DNA of 64,000 nt from an uncultured Planctomycetaceae bacterium. Lineage in GTDB: Bacteria > Planctomycetota > Planctomycetia > Isosphaerales > Isosphaeraceae. Where the stretch lies: NCBI GenBank assembly GCA_963833985.1, contig CAWIAD010000002.1, forward strand, positions 576,001-640,000, in the 5' to 3' direction. Below are positions 40,179 to 48,801 of this stretch, one piece after another. Position numbers and translations under genes: made by a program. The first letter of the stretch is position 1, and each line of letters opens with the position of its first letter. Below the pieces are notes generated by a model, which was not told the DNA's origin, did no database searches, and was given only the letters and a program-made list of their open reading frames with translations.

Positions 40179-41707
40179 GGACCACCGTACACTTTCTGAA
40201 GCAGAGCTCTGTCGGTCTTGCCAGCCGCGGTTCTTGGTAAGGTCTCGGCAAGGACAACACGTTTCGGCAGCTTGTACCGGGCCAGATGCCGGGCCCCATA
40301 GGTGAGCAGCTCGCTGGGCTCCAGCGGCGCGCCGGGTCGCCGCACGACCACCGCCAGTGGAGCTTCGCCCCAGCGCTCGTCCGGTACGCCGACGAGCGCG
40401 ACCTCGGCGACGGCCGGATGCGCGGCCAGGACGGCTTCAACCTCGGCCGGGTAGATGTTCTCGCCCCCGGAGATGATCACATCTTTCAGACGGCCGACGA
40501 TGAAGTGATATCCCTCGGCATCGCGTCGGGCCAGATCGCCGGTGTGCAGCCACCCGTCGCGAACGGCCCGGGCAGACTCCTCGGGCCGGTTCCAGTACCC
40601 GGCGCAGACGTGCGGCCCGCGTATCCGCAGTTCACCAACTTCATCCGGCGCACACTCCCGGTCATGGGCATCGACGACCTTGACATCCACATGAAGCAGC
40701 GGGAAGCCCACCGAGCCCGGTTTGCGCTGAACGTCCTGATCCGGAAGCCAGAACGTGTTCGGCCCGGCCTCCGTCAGTCCGTAGCCGCTCTTGAACGCAA
40801 CGCCGCGGTCCCAGAACTTCTGGAAAATCGAAGGCGGGCACGGCGCACCGCCGCTGATCACAAGCTTGAGGCGGGAGAAATCCGCAAGCGGCCACCGGGG
40901 ATGCTGCTGGAGTGACTGGAACATCGATGGGACGCCGAAGTAAACCGTCACACCGGCGTGGTCCAGCAGGTCGAAGACCTGGTCGGGATCGAACCGCCGG
41001 CATACGATCGACGTGCCACCGATCTTCACCAAGGGCGCCGTGAAGACGTTCAGGCCGCCTGTATGGAAGAGCGGGGCGCTCAGAATGGTCACGTCATCCG
41101 GGGCGAGACCCCAGCTCAGCACGGTATTCATCGCGTTCCAGGTGATGTTCCCATGAGTCAGGACGGCGAGCTTGGGAGTCCCTGTCGATCCCCCGGTCGA
41201 GCAGAGGACCCATGGATCGTCCCAGTCCAGCTCGATCTCTGGCAGATTGGCATCGCTCAGCCCTTCGCAATCCTCCAGGCTGGGATCGCCCGGAACCGCG
41301 CTTTCGGCCGCGCTGAGAGCCAGCCGCTTGCGGGCGTTCCGGCGGCCCGGGCAAAGCTCCCGGGCCTGGTCGGCGAACTCTGGACCGTAAGCCAGGATGG
41401 TGGGCGCGGCCTCGTGGATCAGTCCGCTCAGCTCCGCAATCGTCAGCCGCCAGTTGAGCGTCTGCAAGATCGCGCCCAGCTTGCCGCAGGCGAACCAGAG
41501 GTCGAGGTAGGCGGCGCCGTTTTCCGCCAGAACCGCGACACGTGCGCCCTTGCCCACTCCCAGAGATTGCAGCAGCCGCGCCAGACGGTTCGCGCCGGCG
41601 TTCCACTGCCGGTAGGTGATAGCCCGATCGCCGCCCGTGGTATCCACGAGCGCCCGCTTCTCAGGCGTGAGTGCGGCCCGACGCCCCAACCAGTCGCCGA
41701 GGAACAC
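40175..41707 (-). CDS. Acyl-CoA synthetase / AMP-binding ligase
   Basis: STGGSTGTPK, GYGLTEAGP, WLHTGD, GRLKDVIISGGENIYPAEVE, YKLPK; likely GTG start at VFLGDWL. Confidence 0.92.
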   Translation of the reverse strand: MFLGDWLGRRAALTPEKRALVDTTGGDRAITYRQWNAGANRLARLLQSLGVGKGARVAVLAENGAAYLDLWFACGKLGAILQTLNWRLTIAELSGLIHEAAPTILAYGPEFADQARELCPGRRNARKRLALSAAESAVPGDPSLEDCEGLSDANLPEIELDWDDPWVLCSTGGSTGTPKLAVLTHGNITWNAMNTVLSWGLAPDDVTILSAPLFHTGGLNVFTAPLVKIGGTSIVCRRFDPDQVFDLLDHAGVTVYFGVPSMFQSLQQHPRWPLADFSRLKLVISGGAPCPPSIFQKFWDRGVAFKSGYGLTEAGPNTFWLPDQDVQRKPGSVGFPLLHVDVKVVDAHDRECAPDEVGELRIRGPHVCAGYWNRPEESARAVRDGWLHTGDLARRDAEGYHFIVGRLKDVIISGGENIYPAEVEAVLAAHPAVAEVALVGVPDERWGEAPLAVVVRRPGAPLEPSELLTYGARHLARYKLPKRVVLAETLPRTAAGKTDRALLQKVYGGP

Positions 41708-41946
41708 AGGAGGCTTCTCCGGATTCTTCGCACCATTCCGATCCCTGGATTGTCGACGATCCGCGACCCCCGCGAAAGGCGCTTCTGCGCCGTGTTTCCC
41801 TGCCCGGCACAAGCCGGTTCGCTTTTCCCGCAAGCGGTGCGATCGATGGACCATTGTCAACGCCGCGCGCCGCGCATCGCCCTGGTTCCTACACTTTGAT
41901 CTTGTACGCGACGTGCTCGAAAAAAGGAAACGAAGTAAACAGGGAA

Positions 41947-44190
41947 CCTACTTTCCGCACATCTCCCTTTGATTTCCCCGAATTCGACCTGAGGCCATCT
42001 TCTCAGACGCGGCCCCAGGGTCGGTAAACATCTACAAGTCGATCGGCACGGGGAATTTGTTCGGTTCAGATGGTTCGCCAACCGGACCGTTCCTGAACTC
42101 AAGCCATTCTTCGCCTTGTCTTATGACTTGGCAATGTCCAACCGCGCGCAGCGATTCTCGCCGCGACGACTTGTGACACGGGCTATGAGCGTAAGTTGAG
42201 CGGCTCACAACTTATGTCAAGGCACATTGTTATAAGTGAATCGCAAGATTTTTTGTCCTTGACGTCCCGATCTCCTCCGCCATCATTGCGGCAAGCCCTG
42301 CGGCGGTCGGCCTGCTCCCCTCACGGCCCTGGAAGGCCCGGCGGCGGACACCGGCCAACTCGCTGCAAACCCTCCGGAGATGATCCGCATGAACGAACCA
42401 CAACGACCGCGCCAACCCGGCGAGACGGCCCGCTCGAAGGGACGCACGCGCACGCTCAACACGCGGCGGATTGCCGCCGTGCCCATCCTGGAACACTTCC
42501 TGAGTCGGCTCCGCCTTCGCGAGTTTCTCTGCGACCACCTGCCCCATGAGGACGGCCGCACTCGGGTCCCCACGGCCACGGCCTTGCTCGTCCTGCTGCG
42601 CAACCTGCTGATCTCGCGTGAGCCACTCTATGGTGTCGGTGAGTGGGTGGCCCGCCATGAGCCGAAACTGTTCGGGTTGTCCGATGTCCAAGTCGCCGCA
42701 ATGAACGACGATCGAGTTGGCCGGGCCCTCGACCGTCTCTTCGACGCCAATCTCTCGGGGTTGGCCCTGAAGGTCGCGGCCCATGCCGTACGCGAATTCG
42801 ACGTCAGCCTCGACCAGTTACACAACGACTCGACCACCATCACTTTCCACGGTGACTACGAGTCGGCGGAGGCGGAGCGAACCCTGCGGGGACAATTGCG
42901 GTTGGCGGTGACCTGGGGTCATAACAAAGACCACCGCCCCGACCTCAAGCAGCTACTCTACATCCTCACCGTGACCGGCGACGGTGCCGTCCCGGTGCAC
43001 TTTCGCGTCGAGAGCGGCAACGCCACCGACGACCGCTCTCACCAGGAGACCTGGGAGTTGCTCTGTCAACTGACCGGACGCCGAGACTTTCTCTACATCG
43101 CCGACTGCAAGCTGGCCACCACCGAGAACATGGCCTATCTGCATCAGCGCGGCGGTCGGTTCCTCAGCGTGCTGCCGCGAACTCGCAGTGAGGACGGTGC
43201 CTTCCGCGGCGCCGTACTCCGGGGAGAGATCCAGTGGCGATGGACCCACGACAAGTACGACGACAAGGGACAGTTGACCGACCGCTTCTCGATCTGCAAA
43301 CCTGCGAGCCAGACCACCGAGGGTTACCGGCTGATCTGGTATCACAGCACACGCAAGGCCGAGTTGGATGCGGAGGTACGGCTGACCCGGCTGGAGAAGG
43401 CGTTGAAACGACTGGACGAACTGCGTGCCAAGCTCGCCTCGTCCCGAACCCGGTACCGCAGTCGAGCCAAGGTCGCCGAGGCGGTCGAGGAGCTGCTCCG
43501 AGACTGTGAGGTCACCGAGTGGATCTCGGTCGAGATCGAGGAGCAGGTCACCGAAAAGTTCCGCCAGGAGCGACGCGGCCGGCCTGGACAGGACACGCGG
43601 TACGTCCGAGAGGAGAAGCTCCGTTACTCGTTGAAGCATCGGATTGAGTTGGAGCGACTGGATGAGGAGGCCCGCTGTGATGGCATTTTCCCGCTGGTGA
43701 GCAACGAATCGAAGATGACGGAGCAGGATCTGCTCTTGGCCTACAAACAGCAACCGGCCATCGAACGACGGTTCGAGCACCTGAAGACTGACTTCGTGGT
43801 AGCGCCTATGTACCTGAAGGAGGTAAGTCGGATTCAGGCCTTGCTCTGCGTGTACTTCTTCGTGTTGCTGGTCGAGGCGCTGTTGGAGCGAGAACTCCGC
43901 CGCGCGATGGAACGAGCGGGAATCGAGAGCCTGCCACTGTATTCCGAAGGTCGGGCCTGCCGACGCCCGACGGCTCGAAAAGTGATCGACCTGTACGAGG
44001 ACGTTCAAGAGCATTCCCTGAAGGCTGGGAAACGCCCTCTTGAGGTGTTCAGCACAGAGTTAACTCGGCTCCAGAAGAGGATCCTGCGCCTGCTGGGGAT
44101 ACCCAAAGCCTACGAGATTTGAACCTGACAGGCCGAAAGACGGCACACGGAAATTAGGAGATAGTCAAGGCGAGATGTGCGGAAAGTAGG
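41947..44190 (+). mobile_element. IS1634-family insertion sequence, 2244 bp, with a 6-bp target duplication
   Basis: Perfect 19-bp terminal IRs CCTACTTTCCGCACATCTC (41947-41965 / 44172-44190); AGGGAA direct repeat at 41941-41946 and 44191-44196. Confidence 0.93.
42380..44122 (+). CDS. IS1634-family DDE transposase
   Basis: NDDRVGRALD, HNDSTT, GHNKDHRPDLKQ, GNATD, IADC, YKQQ..IERRFEHLK. Confidence 0.92.
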   Translation: MIRMNEPQRPRQPGETARSKGRTRTLNTRRIAAVPILEHFLSRLRLREFLCDHLPHEDGRTRVPTATALLVLLRNLLISREPLYGVGEWVARHEPKLFGLSDVQVAAMNDDRVGRALDRLFDANLSGLALKVAAHAVREFDVSLDQLHNDSTTITFHGDYESAEAERTLRGQLRLAVTWGHNKDHRPDLKQLLYILTVTGDGAVPVHFRVESGNATDDRSHQETWELLCQLTGRRDFLYIADCKLATTENMAYLHQRGGRFLSVLPRTRSEDGAFRGAVLRGEIQWRWTHDKYDDKGQLTDRFSICKPASQTTEGYRLIWYHSTRKAELDAEVRLTRLEKALKRLDELRAKLASSRTRYRSRAKVAEAVEELLRDCEVTEWISVEIEEQVTEKFRQERRGRPGQDTRYVREEKLRYSLKHRIELERLDEEARCDGIFPLVSNESKMTEQDLLLAYKQQPAIERRFEHLKTDFVVAPMYLKEVSRIQALLCVYFFVLLVEALLERELRRAMERAGIESLPLYSEGRACRRPTARKVIDLYEDVQEHSLKAGKRPLEVFSTELTRLQKRILRLLGIPKAYEI

Positions 44191-44235
44191 AGGGAAGGGA
44201 GTCGCACTTGAACAATCTGGTCCACTCAGAGTCGG

Positions 44236-45156
44236 CTAACCCGATCTGAAGGAGTGCTCTCTGTGCCACTTGATGCATTTGAGGTCGGGCCAGTGGGACT
44301 GCGAGCCAGGTAAATGGATCTTCTGTCCCTGGTAGTCGGCGAGTCTCTTGATACCAGGATCCAGGCAGTCCTCGTCAAAATGTTTCCGCGCCACCACGAC
44401 TGTGAACTCATCAGTGAGACTCCACAGCCCCGTGTCAAACATCCAGTGAGCATTCCTGCACAAGGCAAGGCCATTACGTGGGTCATCGCTTCTGGATACG
44501 GAGCGCTTGTGGATGTGCGCCGCGTCCACTATGGTCTCGCTGGAGATTGTGGTGAGCCGATATCCCGTCAGTGCGCACGTGAATGTATAATTGGATAGAA
44601 CCACGATCCGGAATCGTGCATCGCGGCCTCGATTTGCCGCCTCTGCGATTGGCTGGTAGAGGACTTGCTCCTCGATCTCGTCGGCGGCGGGGACTCTCAT
44701 GTCGCAGAGTGCGTAGAGCGCAGCCCGGTCATCGGGACGGAAGTATTTCGCTATCAGCAGTGACCTGGCGCGCAGGCGGAATGCCGGATCGCTCGCCGCC
44801 GTCAGGAATCCGGGGTCAATAACGGCGTAGTGCGCACGGCTTCGTTCACTGGTGGGCTGTCGCTGCTCGTCGAGGACCTGCCAGAAGCCCTCGCTCCGAA
44901 GGTGATAGAAAGGGAAAAGCACACGCAAGTGCTGGGTCCGTCTGTGGGCCACGACGCTACCATAGATCGAGAACCGAAACGCCAGTCCCGGAGTCAGCTC
45001 AAGGATCCCCTCGGGTAGTTGCCCGGCCTCCAGCACGTCGAAGAGTGCCAGCAAAAGCAGCGGCTTGTGCGGGGCCGGCTCCGGCCTTGCCCGGTCCACC
45101 TTCAGTTTGCAGATCTTGCTGAGCCACTCCTCCGCCTCGCCGGCTGCCGTGCTCAT
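44236..45156 (-). CDS. HNH endonuclease with an N-terminal SBD-like domain (putative modification-dependent restriction enzyme)
   Basis: APHKPLLLL and PFYHLRSEGFW; RDARFR..CALTG..DAAHI..NGLALCRNAHWMFD. Confidence 0.8.
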   Translation of the reverse strand: MSTAAGEAEEWLSKICKLKVDRARPEPAPHKPLLLLALFDVLEAGQLPEGILELTPGLAFRFSIYGSVVAHRRTQHLRVLFPFYHLRSEGFWQVLDEQRQPTSERSRAHYAVIDPGFLTAASDPAFRLRARSLLIAKYFRPDDRAALYALCDMRVPAADEIEEQVLYQPIAEAANRGRDARFRIVVLSNYTFTCALTGYRLTTISSETIVDAAHIHKRSVSRSDDPRNGLALCRNAHWMFDTGLWSLTDEFTVVVARKHFDEDCLDPGIKRLADYQGQKIHLPGSQSHWPDLKCIKWHREHSFRSG

Positions 45157-45842
45157 CGGCTCATCCTTCAGTGAACCTCGGAAGCTCCACGCGATCTCTG
45201 CACCGCATCGGGACACCCGATACCCAGGCGATCGCGTAGAGTGAAGCTTTGAGAATAGTGCACGCGATGGGACGGGGGCTACGTTCTGCTCGACGAGTCG
45301 GCCTCGATCGGCACGCGGGGGGGGGTGGGAGAGGCGGCTGGCGGAGGGCGGGTTCGTGGTTCGCGGGCATCGGCTGGTGCGGCGAAAGGTGGACCCCGGA
45401 AACGACGGGAAACCTGGCGAAATCGCCCCGAAGAAGACTGAAGACCTTTGACCCCGAAACGGACGAATCACACGAACGCGGAAACGGAGGGACGACGTGG
45501 CGAAGAAGGAAGCTTCGCGCGGAGCGAGCGGGGTTCGGATGGCGAAGGACTTTCCGATAGCACACCAGCGGATGATTCGTGGCAGCGTAGGCCGCCCGGA
45601 ATATCAGTAATGAGAGAAGTTGAAACAGCTCGGTCGCATCACGATCCATCCAGCGATCTTCAGCCGCTCGCAATTGTGGTGGCTGGGGAGCGAAGAATTT
45701 CAGGGGAACTCAAGCCAGCGCCGGAAGGCAGTCAGGCGGCTGGTGCATGGGTGCGGTCAGCCGAGCGCGCCTCATGCCTGCCGAATCACCTGCGACATGA
45801 GTCTTTACCGATTCACCGGCCGATCACCACTCGTGGTCGCCA

Positions 45843-45858
45843 CGGCACCAGTTCTGCG
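45843..45858 (+). promoter_or_regulatory. Putative sigma54 promoter of the SDR gene
   Basis: CGGCAC-CAGTT-CTGC (GG-N10-GC), ~67 nt upstream of ATG 45925. Confidence 0.45.
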
Positions 45859-45924
45859 GGACGAAAGGGAGGGGATGGGGCACGAATGATCCGTCGGCTC
45901 TTCGGAATGGGAAAAGGTGCGGTG

Positions 45925-46698
45925 ATGCGGCTTGAAGGCAAAGTGGCATTGATCACGGGGAGCGGACGCGGCATCGGCCGGGGGATCGCGGAACGGTTCG
46001 CGGCCGAGGGGGCCGATGTCGTTGTGAATTACGCTCATAGCCGGGACGAGGCCGAGGAGGCCTGCCGCACCATCGAAGCGTCGGGACGACGGTCCGTCGC
46101 CATCCAGGCTGATGTGACCCGGGTTGCCGAGGTGCGCCGGTTGATCGACCAGGCAGTACAGCGCATGGGCCGGCTGGACATCCTGGTGAATAACTCGGGC
46201 GTCGAGAAGCCGGCCGATTTCTGGGAGGTCACCGAGGAAGACTACGACCTTGTGCTGGGTGTGAATCTGAAGGGGCCGTTCTTTGCGACCCAGGCGTTCG
46301 TCCGCTACCTGCGCGACAGCAAACGGCCGGGGAAAGTGATCAACATCAGCTCGGTGCATGAGGAGCTGCCATTTCCGGGCTTCGCGTCGTACTGCGCGGC
46401 CAAGGGGGGACTGAAGATGCTCACCCGCAGCCTTGCCGTCGTGCTCGGACCGCTGGGAATCAACATCAATGCCATCGCCCCGGGCGCTGTGCGTACCGAG
46501 ATCAATGCCCGCCTGCTGGACGACCCGGCGAATGTGGGCGCCCTGGTGCGGCAGATCCCGCTGGGCCGCCTGGCTCAGCCCGCCGACGTGGCGGGAGTGG
46601 CCGCCTTCCTGGCCTCGGCAGACGCTGATTACGTCACGGGCGCCACCTACTTCGTGGATGGCGGCCTGACCTGGTTCTACGAGGAGAAGGGGCACTGA
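45925..46698 (+). CDS. Short-chain dehydrogenase, glucose 1-dehydrogenase-like
   Basis: TGSGRGIG, NNSG, NISSVHE, YCAAKGG, APGAV.T, YFVDGG. Confidence 0.92.
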   Translation: MRLEGKVALITGSGRGIGRGIAERFAAEGADVVVNYAHSRDEAEEACRTIEASGRRSVAIQADVTRVAEVRRLIDQAVQRMGRLDILVNNSGVEKPADFWEVTEEDYDLVLGVNLKGPFFATQAFVRYLRDSKRPGKVINISSVHEELPFPGFASYCAAKGGLKMLTRSLAVVLGPLGININAIAPGAVRTEINARLLDDPANVGALVRQIPLGRLAQPADVAGVAAFLASADADYVTGATYFVDGGLTWFYEEKGH

Positions 46699-46800
46699 GC
46701 CGCCGTCCGCCAAGAAGGCTCAGCGACCGCCTCCGCTGTCCGAAAAGAGGGCCGGCCGGATTTGCCTGGCTCGCAATTTGCGCGACCAACCGGTCCCCGA

Positions 46801-47475
46801 TCAGCGCGCTGCCGGCTCGTTCAGCGCGGTGAGCAGCTCCTGAGCGAGTTTCTCGCTCGAAGCCGGGTTCTGGCCGGTGATCAGATGGCCGTCGCGGACG
46901 ACATGGGAGAACATGGGCAGCAGCGCCGATTCGAACTCCGCGCCCTGCTCCTTCAAGGCGTCCTCCAGCAGGAACGGCACCACGTCATGGAGCATGACGA
47001 GGCGCTCTTCCATGTTCGTGAAGCTGGTCAGCTTGCGGCCCGCGACCAGGGGTTTGCCTTCGGAATTGCGGACCTTCACGAGCGCGGCGGGTCCGTGACA
47101 GATCGCGGCGATCCACTTGCCAGCACGGTCGAACGCGGCGATCAGGCGCTGGAGATCGAGATCGCCGGCGAGGTCGACCATGGGCCCGTGGCCGCCCGGG
47201 ATGAAGATCGCGTCGAAGTCATCCGCGGTTTGCCCGTCGACCCGTTCGCTGGACTCCAGGGCTGCGATGGCGGCAGGCCAGCGCTGCTGGTCCTTCTCGG
47301 TCGGCGTGGTTTTCGGATCAACGGGTACCGCACCCCCCTTGGGTGAGGCCACCCGGATCGACGCGCCCGCCTCCAGAAGGGCGGTGTACGGGACGGCGAA
47401 TTCCTCGAGCCAGAGTCCGGTCGGGTGGTCCGGTGCGAGCATGCGGCAACTGGTGGTGACAATCAGGACCTTCAT
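46801..47475 (-). CDS. DJ-1/PfpI (class I glutamine amidotransferase-like) protein
   Basis: TGLWLEEFAVPY, PGGHGPMVDL, AICHGPAAL, ITGQNPASS. Confidence 0.92.
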   Translation of the reverse strand: MKVLIVTTSCRMLAPDHPTGLWLEEFAVPYTALLEAGASIRVASPKGGAVPVDPKTTPTEKDQQRWPAAIAALESSERVDGQTADDFDAIFIPGGHGPMVDLAGDLDLQRLIAAFDRAGKWIAAICHGPAALVKVRNSEGKPLVAGRKLTSFTNMEERLVMLHDVVPFLLEDALKEQGAEFESALLPMFSHVVRDGHLITGQNPASSEKLAQELLTALNEPAAR

Positions 47476-47591
47476 CGCCGGGTGTTCCTCTCTTCTCTTG
47501 GTTCGGTCGGCCGTGGCAGGGCGAGCCCGCGCAAACCCGGGGCGGCGGCCGGCGCTCGCGTGACGGAGTGTTTCCTTGCGTTGACTGAGAG

Positions 47592-47607
47592 GGCAAGTTG
47601 CGTACCG
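47592..47607 (-). promoter_or_regulatory. Putative sigma54 promoter of the DJ-1/PfpI gene
   Basis: Minus strand CGGTAC-GCAAC-TTGC (GG-N10-GC), ~115 nt upstream of ATG 47475. Confidence 0.5.
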
Positions 47608-47951
47608 GATGTGCCTGGCTGGCAGCAGCGGGGCCTCGCAACCGCAAGCATGCATCTTGCTTGTGTGTTTTTCAGACTTGACCGTTCTTTTCTCTCTTCG
47701 CAAAATGCGGCCCTCAAGTCCTTGGAGCCTCCTGCCGAGACGCACCCCTTGATGTCGCCTCCCGTGGCTTGAGCCTGGTCGTTTCTCTCTTGCGCCGCGG
47801 AAGAAGGATCGTCACGCCGCGCAAGCCTGCCCGGGCACCGGGAGCCACACGAGGTTTGAAGGAAAGTCAAGGAAGCGACAACGTCAACTCGAGTCCATCG
47901 AGCCAACACAATGCAGAATCCAGGCAGAGTTCAAGGAGGATCCTTGCCGTG

Positions 47952-48638
47952 ATGCTTCGTAGTTTCTCACGCGTGGCGTTGCTGATGACGCTACCGGCTC
48001 TCTGCTGGGGTATTTCACCCGTGGCCGCGCTGGGCGCGGCAGTCAATCCGAATGCCTCGACGACGACGGTGGATTACCGCCTGACCGCCTCTTCGGCCAT
48101 CGCCACGCCTGGCTCGAACCTTCAGGGTCCGCAGGTCGTGGCACTGATCACGCCCACCGACGGCGTGGTTCCCCCCACGCTCTCCAACGGCAGCCAGGGA
48201 AGCCCCCTGACCGTCCTGCCCGATTCCACCGGGTTCAACCCCAGCCAGCTTGTCGTGGCGCTGCGCGATGCCACGTCCTCAACAGGGCAGCCCGAGCAGC
48301 AGCTTGGACTGGTTTTCTACGGTCAGGGGCTTCAAGCCGGTGGAGTCCTCCACTTCGCCCTGAGCGTGAACAGTGCCCTGGCCAGCAATCCTCCGGTGCT
48401 TCAGTCGCTCACTCCGGGCATCACCATCGCCGCCGATCCACCCTCGACCACCGTGACCAATGGCTCAGGGAACGGCGGCTCAACGTCAACGGGCGGCTCC
48501 TCCGGTGGGGGAACCATTGTCAATAGCCCCGAGCCCCTTTCCATGCTCCTCTGGTCGGCCGTGGTTGTGGGGATGTTCGCCCGCAATCGCATGCTGAAAG
48601 GCCGCGAGGACTGCGAAGCGATTGCCGTTCGCGTCTGA
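47952..48638 (+). CDS. Secreted protein with a PEP-CTERM-like sorting signal
   Basis: Signal peptide, Gly/Ser/Thr linker, SPEPLSMLLWSAVVVGMFARNR (PEP, TM, basic tail). Confidence 0.75.
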   Translation: MLRSFSRVALLMTLPALCWGISPVAALGAAVNPNASTTTVDYRLTASSAIATPGSNLQGPQVVALITPTDGVVPPTLSNGSQGSPLTVLPDSTGFNPSQLVVALRDATSSTGQPEQQLGLVFYGQGLQAGGVLHFALSVNSALASNPPVLQSLTPGITIAADPPSTTVTNGSGNGGSTSTGGSSGGGTIVNSPEPLSMLLWSAVVVGMFARNRMLKGREDCEAIAVRV

Positions 48639-48801
48639 CAAATCTTGCCGGTTATTCGGGCGCGGTCCGTCCGGAACCTAGAATGCCTGTTGAAATCCCG
48701 GGGGCTTCCTGAAAAGATCGAGGACGTCCGGGATCCACGACAACAGCGTGGGTCCCGGCCCCGTTCCCGCTCTCTCGATGCACCTCCCCCGGAATACGAC
48801 C

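Noticed and set aside
45317..45325. G9 tract upstream of the HNH gene as a phase-variation switch
   Set aside because: Not in a CDS or an identifiable promoter spacer; homopolymer length is unreliable in this assembly
45497..45610. Short ORF (VAKKEASRG..) after a GGAGG
   Set aside because: About 37 codons with no recognisable similarity
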